Shown here piece by piece: positions 18,770 to 29,271 of a DNA stretch of 64,000 nucleotides (within the stretch, counting starts at the first letter, position 1; every line of letters begins with the position of its first letter). The notes beneath the pieces were generated by a model, which saw nothing but the letters and a program-made list of their open reading frames with translations, searched no databases and was not told the origin of the DNA. Location of the stretch: assembly GCA_028711705.1 (NCBI GenBank), contig JAQTRS010000002.1:73617-137616 (forward strand). Reading direction: 5' to 3'. Made by a program: the position numbers and the translations under genes. Origin of the DNA: Candidatus Moraniibacteriota bacterium. GTDB lineage: Bacteria > Patescibacteriota > Minisyncoccia > Moranbacterales > UBA1568.

Positions 18770-18894
18770 ATGCTTTGACAATTAATTTTAATTACGAAAA
18801 ATTATAACTTATTCAGTATAATCCAACTCTGCGTTTTTGGCAAGCTTTTCACGGATAAGTCCTAAAAAACCTCCTCAAGCGGAGTACTTCACTT

Positions 18895-18923
18895 ATCATA
18901 GCAACCGACTATCCCCTTGTCAA
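18895..18923 (-). promoter_or_regulatory. Sigma70 promoter for tuf and the S10 cluster
   Basis: TTGACA, 17-nt spacer, TATGAT with TGn. Confidence 0.75.
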
Positions 18924-19032
18924 GAGCCAATACCGCACCCCATAGCTATAAAAAAGACCTCCGAGGAGCAGCGCTTTCAGAAGCCTCGACTTTCGTGTGT
19001 TTCGCATTGAAAAGGTCTTTTTTTCGCAAACG

Positions 19033-22000
19033 CTAGGCTTCTATAGTATGTGCATCCGAGGTATCTTTGCGTTCCTGTTTGCCCCACCTTACAAAGCGAC
19101 CCTTGATGGCGGCGGCGACGGACTTAATGGCCACATAGTACATGAGTTGGCGATAGAAAAATCGCTGCAGCGGGAGCAGTACCAGCAATCGCATTTGTTC
19201 CTTGCGTTCGAGGATGAACGGCACAAGACTAGTCGTCATGTCGACCACCAAGAAAAGCAGATAGTATATAAGCATACCGTGCAGCTCCTGATACGCATCA
19301 TAGGCGATCGGATGCTGATACTTCTGCCAGGCCACCCATACGAGCGAGCAGATGATGGCTGCATCCATAAACGGCGAGACGAGGGTGAAAAAGATCTGGA
19401 AAATGAAGACATTGGGTATGGCGAAGAATCCGAGCGCACCGAAACGAGACCTGAATAGGACGTCTTTGTGTTTCCAGGCGGTCTGCATCGTCCCGTACAT
19501 CCAGCGGAAACGCTGCTTGATGAAACCCCTCACAGTATCCGGCGCCTCGGTAAATGCGATCGCTTCATCCTCATAGGCGATATGATGCCCGAGGCGCAGA
19601 ATACTGAATGTCAAATCGGCATCTTCAGCCAGAGTGTCATTGGAAAATCCACCCGCATCAAGCACGGCATCACGCCTCCATGCTCCCACCGATCCGGGCA
19701 CCACCGAAATGCAGTTCATCAACTCGAAGGCGCGGCGATCGAGGTTCTGGCTGGTAATATATTCAAGCGCCTGCCATTTGGTGAGTATGTTGACGCGGTT
19801 ACCCACCTTGGCATTGCCGGCGATGGCAGCGATTTTCTGATTCTGGAACCGTCTGATGAGCTTCTCGATCGTGTCCGGCTGGAAAATGGTATCAGCATCG
19901 AGCGTCACCAGTATCTCATCACGTTCATCCGTCAGGGCGATGCCGAAATTGAGCGCGCTCGACTTCCCGCCGTTCGTTTTCGTATACAGCTCTATGTGCG
20001 ATCGGTTCCTAAACGCCCGTTGCAGCAACCCGAACGTCTCATCGGTAGAGCCATCATCAACAACAATGATGCGTAGGTGTCTGTAAGTGGACGAAAAAAT
20101 GGACATCACCGTCCTGACAATCACCTTCTCCTCATTGAAGGCTGGTATGATAACCGCAACCCGAGGGTGGAATGCTTCAGTGTCGAGCGTACACAGTTGT
20201 TTCTTCACGAAAAAGTACTGGGCCACGGCCAAGATACCGATAAACACGATGCGCGTGATACCCAGGAAAATTCCGATAATGAACACGACGGAAAGCAGGT
20301 GCGTAAAACCGTACAGCGAAAGGAGAGCAACCTTGTTGATGTACGAAAGCCCTCTCTCCTGAGAACCGATGGGCGGCATCACATCGTCCTTGGAGAGTCC
20401 AAGAATATCCGACACGGTAACAAACTCATAGCCATCCGCTTGAAGCGTTTCGATAATCCTCGGCAGCGCCTCTACTGTCTGACTGCGATCCCCTCCGCTA
20501 TCATGCATCAACACGACATTTCCCACGCCGGCGCGCCGCTCATCGATCACCGTCTGCGCGATAGCATCGACACCGGGCCGTTTCCAATCAGTTGGGTCGA
20601 TATTGATTCCCACTGTGTAGTATCCCAGGTTGCTCGAAATCGCCAACGGCGACACCTGCTCGGGAGTGACTGGCTCGATATCCTCCGCATACGGCGGCCG
20701 AAACAGCAATGATTTTCGTCCCAATAAGCCCTCGAGCAATCGCTCGGTCGCATCGATCTCGACCCGGAACTGATCTTTGGAAATGGCACTCACATCAGGG
20801 TGCGTGTAGGTATGATTACCTATCTCATGACCCTCTGAAACGATACGCTTCAAAATATCCGGATGGGCGTTCGCATTGAGACCCATCACGAAAAACGTGG
20901 CTGGAACATTGTATCGCTTCAGAATATCCAGTACCTGCGGCGTATACTTTTCACTAGGTCCGTCATCGAACGTCAATACGACTTTCTTATCCTCCGTACC
21001 CCCGTAACGCGTGATGGTATAGGGCGAAGGGAATCTCGTGATCGATTCTTCGAATATGAAACCAGAGATGCTGTTATAGGAGATATCACGTGCGCCTTCC
21101 TGAGGGGCGCCTGTCACGCGAAGCACCTCCCCATCCCCTTTATATCCAACGTCATAGCTGTAGCGAAGTCTCTGAAGCGACGCAGCCGCCGAGGCATCAA
21201 GAGCATCCCGCTTGGACACGATATTCCACAAACTCGGATCTTCGGAACCAAGCCGCCATAAAACATAGCCCTGCGGTGATCCGAGCTTGCTTGCGGCCTG
21301 TATCTGATTGAACGACGCCACCGCATCCAAAAACCAGGCGTGATGCAATATATTGTCGCCGTCATAATATGAGTAGGTCGGGTTGAGCGACTGCGCATTC
21401 AAAACGATATCCGCTTTGGCGCCTTGGGCTATTCGGATGGCTTCGCCGAACGTCGTTTCGACACCAATGTCCGTATCCTCTTCCCAATCATAGCCATAGC
21501 CGCCGATCGACACGATATATTCTTCCGAAGGCAATTCCTTGAAGCGCTTCGCGAGCCCCCGCACATACCAACCCTGCGAAGACACAGGTCCGGCCTGCGA
21601 ACCATAGGTCGTGTGCTCATCATAAGCCATCAGGATCAACGCGTCCGTATATTTGCCGAGCTCCTTCGCATCGAATGACTCGTCGTCGAGCGGGATGCTT
21701 TGCGAAACCTGCAGGTTCGCCTCATGAAATTTCGCGTACAGCTCCTGCATAAACAGATTGAGGTTGGGCTGTTCTTTTTTCGGAACGTCCTCAAAATCTA
21801 TGCTGATACCGGAAAATCCGAGTATCGTCGTGAAATTGAAAAGATTCTGCACCAGCGTTTGGCGCGATTCCTCGGAACCGATCACCGACACCAGCATCTC
21901 CCTATCCCAGTCCTGCGTATCATTATTGAAATTGTTGATTAAGGGAACGATGGTCAGATCGGGCTTCGCGGAGCGGATGAATTGCAGTGTTTTTTTGGTC

Positions 22001-22440
22001 TGAGTGGGATCATCGAGCGTAATTTTGCCGCTACCGTCGGCCAGATGCAGCCACTCCGGCACCAAAACATCGATTGCTTCGATATTGGACCTAAGCGACG
22101 TCAAACTGTTCTCATCCCAATTGACATAAAACCCCATCATCTTGCTCGCAGTGCTGCGCGGGCCTGCAGCGATCGCCTTGCTGCTGGCCGTGAAGGCGTC
22201 GATATCGAAATAGACAGGCGGCTGATCCCCCAGGACTTCATGCATCACAACACTAGAAGCGCCACGAGTATTGGCCGCAGGAACCGAAACATTCAGAAAC
22301 GGCAATTCAGGACGAATCACAAGACTCACCCCGAATACTACAAACGCTGCCGCTATCAGCATAAGTCCAATCCAAACCAAGCGCCTGGAGCGTCGCCATC
22401 GATTCTGGTTGGAATCATAGAAAACCGGTAGAGTTATCAT
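19033..22440 (-). CDS. GH18-like + NodB polysaccharide deacetylase + GT2 glycosyltransferase fusion (PgaC/IcaA-like)
   Basis: ISIDFE and LMAYDEH (GH18); LTFDDGP, NHTYTH, FRPPY (NodB); DDGSTD, DAD, AED, QRFRW (GT2). Confidence 0.9.
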   Translation of the reverse strand: MITLPVFYDSNQNRWRRSRRLVWIGLMLIAAAFVVFGVSLVIRPELPFLNVSVPAANTRGASSVVMHEVLGDQPPVYFDIDAFTASSKAIAAGPRSTASKMMGFYVNWDENSLTSLRSNIEAIDVLVPEWLHLADGSGKITLDDPTQTKKTLQFIRSAKPDLTIVPLINNFNNDTQDWDREMLVSVIGSEESRQTLVQNLFNFTTILGFSGISIDFEDVPKKEQPNLNLFMQELYAKFHEANLQVSQSIPLDDESFDAKELGKYTDALILMAYDEHTTYGSQAGPVSSQGWYVRGLAKRFKELPSEEYIVSIGGYGYDWEEDTDIGVETTFGEAIRIAQGAKADIVLNAQSLNPTYSYYDGDNILHHAWFLDAVASFNQIQAASKLGSPQGYVLWRLGSEDPSLWNIVSKRDALDASAAASLQRLRYSYDVGYKGDGEVLRVTGAPQEGARDISYNSISGFIFEESITRFPSPYTITRYGGTEDKKVVLTFDDGPSEKYTPQVLDILKRYNVPATFFVMGLNANAHPDILKRIVSEGHEIGNHTYTHPDVSAISKDQFRVEIDATERLLEGLLGRKSLLFRPPYAEDIEPVTPEQVSPLAISSNLGYYTVGINIDPTDWKRPGVDAIAQTVIDERRAGVGNVVLMHDSGGDRSQTVEALPRIIETLQADGYEFVTVSDILGLSKDDVMPPIGSQERGLSYINKVALLSLYGFTHLLSVVFIIGIFLGITRIVFIGILAVAQYFFVKKQLCTLDTEAFHPRVAVIIPAFNEEKVIVRTVMSIFSSTYRHLRIIVVDDGSTDETFGLLQRAFRNRSHIELYTKTNGGKSSALNFGIALTDERDEILVTLDADTIFQPDTIEKLIRRFQNQKIAAIAGNAKVGNRVNILTKWQALEYITSQNLDRRAFELMNCISVVPGSVGAWRRDAVLDAGGFSNDTLAEDADLTFSILRLGHHIAYEDEAIAFTEAPDTVRGFIKQRFRWMYGTMQTAWKHKDVLFRSRFGALGFFAIPNVFIFQIFFTLVSPFMDAAIICSLVWVAWQKYQHPIAYDAYQELHGMLIYYLLFLVVDMTTSLVPFILERKEQMRLLVLLPLQRFFYRQLMYYVAIKSVAAAIKGRFVRWGKQERKDTSDAHTIEA

Positions 22441-22448
22441 ATATACAG

Positions 22449-22477
22449 CTTATACTCTCCTCTTCGTAGCACGTCAA
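22449..22477 (-). promoter_or_regulatory. Sigma70-like promoter, near-leaderless, for the GT2 fusion gene
   Basis: TTGACG, 17-nt spacer, TATAAG; ATG lies 8 nt downstream. Confidence 0.5.
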
Positions 22478-22509
22478 CACTCCCCGCATCTCTCCAACCC
22501 GGAAACATC

Positions 22510-23469
22510 CTATTTCCAATTGATCTGCGAAGTCGTGACAATGGTCTTCCATGGCCCAGCAGGTACCTCGTCCGGGTTCACGAACTGCCAATCCACCGTG
22601 TCGATATCTGACAGTCCGAGCATATCCTTGACGGCCGGAGAAACATCCAATCCCGCATGATTATTGATCTTACTCTTCGGTGTTGCAGTCCCGAAAACAT
22701 AGTTGACGTCGTCTTCCTTGAACGGTCCGACATCCTGCCACTGCGCATAGGCCACCTTGCCGTTTTTGGTGATTTTTATCCACTGATTCTTGAGCATCGA
22801 TTCATTATCCTTCCATGCACGCTTCCCTGCCCAAGCGACCACCCGGCTCACCTCTTGCTTGCGATTGCCGTCCTCATCGAAATCATTGTATGGAAGCGCG
22901 AAATAGAACGGGTTCTCTTTCGGCGTGAATCCGGACGGCATATACCCGGACCTTTTGCCCGGCGCATCCACGCCCCCGAAGTGCCTCACCCATTCTTCGT
23001 CCCACGCGCTCGGCAAATTGGAGATGTTTTTGTTATCCTTCCCTGCTTCCTCGCCCGCCCAAAAAATGGTCGTCGTGATGTTCTTATGCACCGGATGATT
23101 CGATGCAGGCATTGAACTCGGAGTCAGCTTATTTGCCACCGATTCCGCAGCGGATACGACATCGCCTTGCAGACCCTGATCAACCGGCTTTGCTATTGGC
23201 TTATCATCGGACGTTTCCTTTGAAGCGATTTCTGTCGCATTCCCTGCTTGCGATTGCGCCACCTCCTGCTTTTCCGGTTCCTCCGCCACGACCGCCTCAA
23301 GAGGCGTCTGTGTTGTTTTTGGGACATCCGTCATTGCCTCGGCAAGACGCGGCTTATCCGAACTAAAAACATTGCTCGATTTTTTCGCGTACAAAAAACC
23401 GGTAATCAAAAAAACGGTAATCAATCCCGCAATGACGACCGACCGTTTCTTGAGGAACGTTTTTTTCAT
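22510..23469 (-). CDS. Membrane-anchored/secreted protein, possible double-psi beta-barrel glycan-active domain
   Basis: N-terminal TM, low-complexity linker, QWQDVGP and GLDVSPAV motifs. Confidence 0.6.
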   Translation of the reverse strand: MKKTFLKKRSVVIAGLITVFLITGFLYAKKSSNVFSSDKPRLAEAMTDVPKTTQTPLEAVVAEEPEKQEVAQSQAGNATEIASKETSDDKPIAKPVDQGLQGDVVSAAESVANKLTPSSMPASNHPVHKNITTTIFWAGEEAGKDNKNISNLPSAWDEEWVRHFGGVDAPGKRSGYMPSGFTPKENPFYFALPYNDFDEDGNRKQEVSRVVAWAGKRAWKDNESMLKNQWIKITKNGKVAYAQWQDVGPFKEDDVNYVFGTATPKSKINNHAGLDVSPAVKDMLGLSDIDTVDWQFVNPDEVPAGPWKTIVTTSQINWK

Positions 23470-23660
23470 AAAGTATTGTTATAAGTAATATCGCTCTCGA
23501 AAAGTCCGGCTTGGACCTCAAAATACGACGGTAATATCATAATGTACACCGCACAAATTGTGTACGTACATACGGAGCATGAAATCTCAGGTACGAAAAA
23601 ACTGAACTTCAGCAACAAAGAACATCCTTATGGATGTTCTTACTTTTTCAATACAGTCCC

Positions 23661-24851
23661 TTAACAAGCCTGGGCGCATTCAAATTTCGAATATCTCCGC
23701 ACATCAATACCGCCGTCTGACGTGAGAACCTCGGCAAGATCCTTCTCCATCAAAAAAAGATACTCGTGATGTTTTCCATCGCTATTGATCCACTCATTTG
23801 TCCGTCGCATATTCGCCATAACATTCTGCTTGTAGTCTATCTCGACGGCTTTCAGAAGTTTTCCGGATTCGCTGATAATCTCATTTAATTCCTGCTTCGT
23901 AGCCCTGCCGCCAGAACTGTACGACAGGAGGATATAACGGGATTTCGTTTGTTGCACCATTCTTCGAAGCGCCTGCATGGCGATGAAAGAGCCGTTTTCA
24001 TCTTTTCTGAATTCCTCGAACACCGAACAAGCCACGCGATCGCGACTATCTTCCCGCCGATTCACCTTTCCAAACACTGTCGGCTTGTCGTGATTTATGA
24101 TCGTTGTCCAGATATGATAATATGAGGCGTAACGGACCCTGCTCGGGGGCATTTTCTCATTGTTCGATCCATATGGCGGGTCGAAATATGCCAGATCATA
24201 TTCATCATCAGCCAATGTTTCGAAGATATCGCCACAAACGACCCGATGATGTCCTTGAGTGGTATCGAATCGCCTTGGAAGTTTGAGATACAAATCATTA
24301 TACGATCGCGAAGACCATTTCGACAAATAGGCGGCATAATGCCCCAGCGTGCTATCAACAGAGTCAAGTGCGTAAATCAAACTCGTCAGAATAACGCATT
24401 TATCCTCCCACTCCAGATTCAAAACTTCTATCTCATCCCTGATAGCATCCAGCCTTCGCGTGTTCTTTTCCTGAAACGGTCGTTTCACTTCATTCGAAAC
24501 GGCACCGTAATATTCCGTATACCAGCCGTCATGGCCCTTAAGACCGTTCAAGTGATCCAAAATCCTCTGATAAAACGCGTCCGGTTTCTTCGACTTAAGA
24601 TAGCAAGTCGAAAACACCTCGGACCATGCGGAAATATCGCTCGATGTCACATCATATCCGAGCTGCGCTAATGCCTGAGAAACTCTCGTGGTGCCACTAA
24701 AACCATCCAACACTTTCTTCACACCCTTCAATTCCGAAACGATACCGATGATGGAAGGTAGTATCTTTAACTTCGAACCGGCATATTTGATGCCTTCTGT
24801 TTTTGGCGTCACCATAATACTATTTCCGAATATATCCTGTTGGATACTCAT
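23661..24851 (-). CDS. N6-adenine DNA methyltransferase (D12 class)
   Basis: KYAGSK, DGFSGT motif I, YFDPPY motif IV. Confidence 0.9.
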   Translation of the reverse strand: MSIQQDIFGNSIMVTPKTEGIKYAGSKLKILPSIIGIVSELKGVKKVLDGFSGTTRVSQALAQLGYDVTSSDISAWSEVFSTCYLKSKKPDAFYQRILDHLNGLKGHDGWYTEYYGAVSNEVKRPFQEKNTRRLDAIRDEIEVLNLEWEDKCVILTSLIYALDSVDSTLGHYAAYLSKWSSRSYNDLYLKLPRRFDTTQGHHRVVCGDIFETLADDEYDLAYFDPPYGSNNEKMPPSRVRYASYYHIWTTIINHDKPTVFGKVNRREDSRDRVACSVFEEFRKDENGSFIAMQALRRMVQQTKSRYILLSYSSGGRATKQELNEIISESGKLLKAVEIDYKQNVMANMRRTNEWINSDGKHHEYLFLMEKDLAEVLTSDGGIDVRRYSKFECAQAC

Positions 24852-25717
24852 AATGTTTTAAGTCTATCAATATCCTTCTGAAGAATCTCGTTTGCCATAG
24901 CGTGTCCCTGCTCCGAACTGTTGAGTGCAAGGCTGAACAATTTTACAAGCGTGTGGTTGTGTGAATAATCGACCCATCCGTTCGTCAGGGAATCGAAATA
25001 TGAAACGGCATTCTTCGTATGCGTCCACAAACCGCGCTGAAGCGCATTTGCAGAGGCGCCACCGTAGCGGACTTCACAAATATATTTTCCATCTTTATCG
25101 ATGAATATAAAGATAGGATGGGATCGACCTTTTCCAGAAACAACCCTTCTTTTCTCCGAATCGAACCGCTGGCTCTTTCCAACATACACGATGCGATCGG
25201 TATTTCGTATCACCTTCACATGATCGAAAATCATAATATTGCATCGCTGCTTTTTCTCATCGTAAATGAGCGGCATCACATTGATCGCATTGAACTCGGA
25301 GAATTCTTTCGATGAAAATATCTCCCGAATTTTATCTTTATCGATGATATTTTTCCCCTGTTTCTCCAAAAACGGGAACATCTTTTGATCGCTATCCGTC
25401 GAAAGCTGAAGCGGTCCGTCGCCGTACGCTTTCAGACTCACAGGAAACTCCGTGTTGGTGATTTCATTTATGATAACGATATCTTCTTCATGCTCCTTCG
25501 CCCTGAACCTATCCTTCCCGACGTGGATACTCTTGAAATCGTACATGAACTGATTGATGAATTCAGCTATACCGATTTCAGCGAGATCGCCGTGCGTTTT
25601 ATTGCCTATCAAACGCATCGTGAAAATATTAGACAAGGTATTCACAACCAGATGTTGATTTTTACCGGCAAGCAATTTGAATCTGTTCTTGAAATCTTCG
25701 TATGCGGACATATTCAT
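24848..25717 (-). CDS. Putative type II restriction endonuclease
   Basis: Overlaps the MTase start by 4 nt; GDLAE...EEDI...VSLK resembles a PD-(D/E)xK-variant core. Confidence 0.65.
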   Translation of the reverse strand: MNMSAYEDFKNRFKLLAGKNQHLVVNTLSNIFTMRLIGNKTHGDLAEIGIAEFINQFMYDFKSIHVGKDRFRAKEHEEDIVIINEITNTEFPVSLKAYGDGPLQLSTDSDQKMFPFLEKQGKNIIDKDKIREIFSSKEFSEFNAINVMPLIYDEKKQRCNIMIFDHVKVIRNTDRIVYVGKSQRFDSEKRRVVSGKGRSHPIFIFIDKDGKYICEVRYGGASANALQRGLWTHTKNAVSYFDSLTNGWVDYSHNHTLVKLFSLALNSSEQGHAMANEILQKDIDRLKTL

Positions 25718-25870
25718 ACTTTTTCTTGGTTTACTAAGCTTATTTTAACACTATTTCCAAGATAACAAAAACATCCCCGAAAGGATGCCTTTGTTTCTTT
25801 TTCCGGATTGTAGATCACTCGACCACGCTCGTGATGACATTAGGAAAGTAGGAATGACACGAACGAGAAA

Positions 25871-27961
25871 CTATTTCTTCCCTCCGCCGGCCACGATTTC
25901 GTTCGCGACGTTGGTCGGGACTTCGGCGTAGTGCGCGAACTCCATGGAGTAGTTAGCGCGGCCTTGCGTCATCGATCGCATCTGCGTGGCATAGCCGAAC
26001 ATAGAGGCGAGCGGCACTTCGGCTTCGATATCCTTCACGCGGGAAGCGCCTTCTCCGCGATCATTCATTTCCTTGATAATTCCTCGCTTCGCATTGAGAT
26101 CGCCCACGATATCGCCCATGAACTGTTCTGGAGTGATGACCGTTACGCGCATGATAGGCTCCAGAAGCACCGGCTTAGCACGCTTGGCAGCCTCTTTGAA
26201 TCCCATGGATCCAGCGATCTTGAAGGCGGCTTCGGAGGAGTCGACATCATGGAAGGATCCGTCATATACGGTCGCCTTGATATCCACCATCGGGAATCCG
26301 GCGAGCACACCATTGAGCATCGCTTCCTCGATACCCTTACCGATAGGCTTGATGTATTCCAAAGGAATCGCACCGCCCTTGATTTCGCTCACATACTCGA
26401 AGCCCTTGCCAGGCTCTTGCGGCTCCAAGCGAATCCAACAATGGCCATACTGTCCGCGTCCACCGGACTGACGGACGAACTTTCCTTCCGCCTCGGCCAT
26501 CATCTTGATCGTTTCACGGTAGGCCACCTGCGGACGACCCACATTGACTTCGACCTTGAACTCGCGTTTCATACGATCGACGATGATTTCGAGGTGAAGC
26601 TCACCCATTCCGGAAAGGATAGTCTGCGCGGTCTCCTCGTCGGTGTGCACACGGAAGGTCGGATCCTCTTCGGCGAGTTTCTTAAGCGCCATACCCATGC
26701 GCTCCTGGTCAGCCTTCGTCTTCGGCTCGATAGAGATATCGATAACCGGTTCCGGGAAGACGATGTTCTCGAGAATCACCGGCTTGTCGACGTCGCAGAG
26801 GGTGTCTCCGGTGGTGGTGTTTTTCATACCGACCAATGCGCCGATGCCGCCTGCCTGCAATTCATCGATTTCCTCGCGGTGATTGGCATGGATGCGCAGG
26901 ATGCGTCCGATGCGCTCCTTCTCACCCTTGCTTGAGTTCAAAACATAAGAACCGGCCTTGACAACCCCGGAGTATACGCGGAAGAAGGTAAGCTGCCCCA
27001 CGAAAGGATCGGTCGCGATCTTGAAAGCCAAAGCGGAAAACGGCTCCTCATCGTCGGCGTGACGCAAAATCTCCTCATTCGTCTTGACATCGACACCGTT
27101 GATAGAAGGGATGTCCTTCGGAGACGGGAGGTAATCCACGACACCGTCGAGCACGAGCTGCACGCCCTTGTTGCGAAGCGCGGTTCCAATAAAGACCGGG
27201 ATCAGGCGCACAGCGATTACGGCAGCGCGCAAGGCAGTTTTGAGTTCCTCGACGGAGATCTCTTCACCCGCCAAGTATTTCTCCATCAAAGCATCGTCGG
27301 TCTCGACGATCCGCTCGACCATCTTGTCACGCCATGCCTTGGCATTGTCCAAAAGCTCGGGAGCAATTTCGCCCTCGATCACGATTTCGCCCATCTTTCC
27401 ATCAAAGGTATAGGCCTTCATCTTCATCAGGTCGATTACACCGGAAAAGTCTCCACGCTCACCGATAGGATACTGCACTGCGACGGCGTTCGGGGTCAAA
27501 CGGTTCCAGATGGTCCCCAAAGCGGTCTCGAACACGGCGCCTTCCTTGTCGATCTTGTTGATGAAACAGATACGCGGCACATTGTATTTGTCTGCCTGGC
27601 GCCACACAGTCTCGGACTGCGGTTCGACGCCTTCTTTCGCATCGAACACCACGACACCTCCGTCGAGCACGCGCAAAGAACGCTCCACCTCCACGGTGAA
27701 GTCCACGTGACCCGGAGTATCGATGATGTTCACCTGATGACCCTTCCAGTAGCAGGTCGTCGCAGCGGAGGTGATGGTGATACCACGCTCCTGTTCCTGC
27801 TCCATCCAGTCCATAGTCGCCGCACCCTCGTGCACTTCTCCGATCTTGTGCGTGATGCCGGTATAGAACAAGACACGCTCGGTCGTGGTAGTTTTTCCAG
27901 CATCGATGTGGGCGATGATACCTATATTACGAAACTTCTCAATGGGGGTTTGACGGGCCAT
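25871..27961 (-). CDS. fusA: Elongation factor G
   Basis: [23 protein letters not shown]. Confidence 0.99.
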   Translation of the reverse strand: MARQTPIEKFRNIGIIAHIDAGKTTTTERVLFYTGITHKIGEVHEGAATMDWMEQEQERGITITSAATTCYWKGHQVNIIDTPGHVDFTVEVERSLRVLDGGVVVFDAKEGVEPQSETVWRQADKYNVPRICFINKIDKEGAVFETALGTIWNRLTPNAVAVQYPIGERGDFSGVIDLMKMKAYTFDGKMGEIVIEGEIAPELLDNAKAWRDKMVERIVETDDALMEKYLAGEEISVEELKTALRAAVIAVRLIPVFIGTALRNKGVQLVLDGVVDYLPSPKDIPSINGVDVKTNEEILRHADDEEPFSALAFKIATDPFVGQLTFFRVYSGVVKAGSYVLNSSKGEKERIGRILRIHANHREEIDELQAGGIGALVGMKNTTTGDTLCDVDKPVILENIVFPEPVIDISIEPKTKADQERMGMALKKLAEEDPTFRVHTDEETAQTILSGMGELHLEIIVDRMKREFKVEVNVGRPQVAYRETIKMMAEAEGKFVRQSGGRGQYGHCWIRLEPQEPGKGFEYVSEIKGGAIPLEYIKPIGKGIEEAMLNGVLAGFPMVDIKATVYDGSFHDVDSSEAAFKIAGSMGFKEAAKRAKPVLLEPIMRVTVITPEQFMGDIVGDLNAKRGIIKEMNDRGEGASRVKDIEAEVPLASMFGYATQMRSMTQGRANYSMEFAHYAEVPTNVANEIVAGGGKK

Positions 27962-28085
27962 AAGATTTTTATTATTGAACCAAAATTATTATTTACTCCT
28001 GGAGATTCATGTATATAAGCAAAAGAGCAAAAGAGAACTGGACTCTCCTTTGCTCTCTGCATACAATGCAACTGTCCTATGATGC

Positions 28086-28553
28086 TTAAGCAAAGTGAGC
28101 GAAAGCCTTGTTGGCGTCTGCCATACGGTGCACATCATCACGCTTCTTCATCGCAGCTCCGGTCTTATTGGATGCATCAAGAAGTTCGTCAGCCAATCTT
28201 TCAGCCATACGCCTCCCTTTCTTCTTACGGCATACTTCGCGGATCCATCGCATCGCGAGTGTTTGGCGTCGCTCTCCGGAAACCGGCACCGGCACCTGAT
28301 AGTTGGCACCACCGACACGTCGGCTCTTGAGTTCGAGGAGCGGAGAAACATTCTTGATGGCCTGTTCGAAAATATTGAGGCCGCCTTTCTTGGTGCGCTC
28401 GTGAATCACATCGAAGGCATCGTAAATGATATTTTCAGCGATACTTTTCTTGCCATCCCACATGATCATTCCGATGAAATGACCAACGAGAGGATTGCCG
28501 AAGCGGGAATCCACTTTCCACTGCTTCTTGAATTGTCGTTTTCTTCTAGGCAT
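28086..28553 (-). CDS. rpsG: 30S ribosomal protein S7
   Basis: RRVGGANYQVP, ANKAFAHF. Confidence 0.98.
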   Translation of the reverse strand: MPRRKRQFKKQWKVDSRFGNPLVGHFIGMIMWDGKKSIAENIIYDAFDVIHERTKKGGLNIFEQAIKNVSPLLELKSRRVGGANYQVPVPVSGERRQTLAMRWIREVCRKKKGRRMAERLADELLDASNKTGAAMKKRDDVHRMADANKAFAHFA

Positions 28554-28604
28554 AGTAAAAATTCAAAATGTAAATCTTCTTAAAGTAACCAATCCTACCC
28601 GGAT

Positions 28605-29024
28605 TTACTCAGCCTTCTTCGGGCGCTTGGCACCGTATTTGCTGCGGCTGCGGCGACGATCGTTCACTCCGCTGGAGTCTAAGACGCCACGGACGATGTG
28701 GTAGCGAACACCCGGAAGGTCTTTCACGCGTCCTCCGCGAATCATCACGATGGAGTGCTCCTGCAGGTTGTGTCCGATGCCCGGGATATAGGCGGTCACT
28801 TCCAAACCGTTCGTCAGACGGACGCGAGCGATTTTACGCAACGCCGAGTTAGGCTTCTTCGGGGTGGTTGTCGAAACCTTAAGGCATACGCCACGCTTGA
28901 AAGGACCCTGGGAATTTACAGGCTTGTTCTTCAAGCTGTTCATAACATAGGTCATCGCGGGAGACTTCGTCTTTTTCTTCACTGATTGTCGGGAACGCTT
29001 TGTCAGCTGATTGATAGTAGGCAC
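28605..29024 (-). CDS. rpsL: 30S ribosomal protein S12 (GTG start)
   Basis: [24 protein letters not shown]. Confidence 0.98.
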   Translation of the reverse strand: MPTINQLTKRSRQSVKKKTKSPAMTYVMNSLKNKPVNSQGPFKRGVCLKVSTTTPKKPNSALRKIARVRLTNGLEVTAYIPGIGHNLQEHSIVMIRGGRVKDLPGVRYHIVRGVLDSSGVNDRRRSRSKYGAKRPKKAE

Positions 29025-29226
29025 AGATATTGCATGCAACATCTTGCGTTCTCCAAAAGATGGAAACCACCTACTAAGAGAACCCAAAAAATTGCTTGAT
29101 TACAGCAAATTAAATATATAAATGGAAATTGTAGGTTTTTTCCGCAACTCCTATCCGCCACAGACAGGCCAGAGGCAACCCCTGGGAGCTTCTACAAAAA
29201 AGAAGTGGCTAACACTTCACTTCCCT

Positions 29227-29255
29227 ATACTAAAGGAAGGCTCGGGAATTGTCAA
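29227..29255 (-). promoter_or_regulatory. Sigma70 promoter of the str operon
   Basis: TTGACA, 17-nt spacer, TAGTAT. Confidence 0.7.
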
Positions 29256-29271
29256 ATGAAATCCGGGCTCT

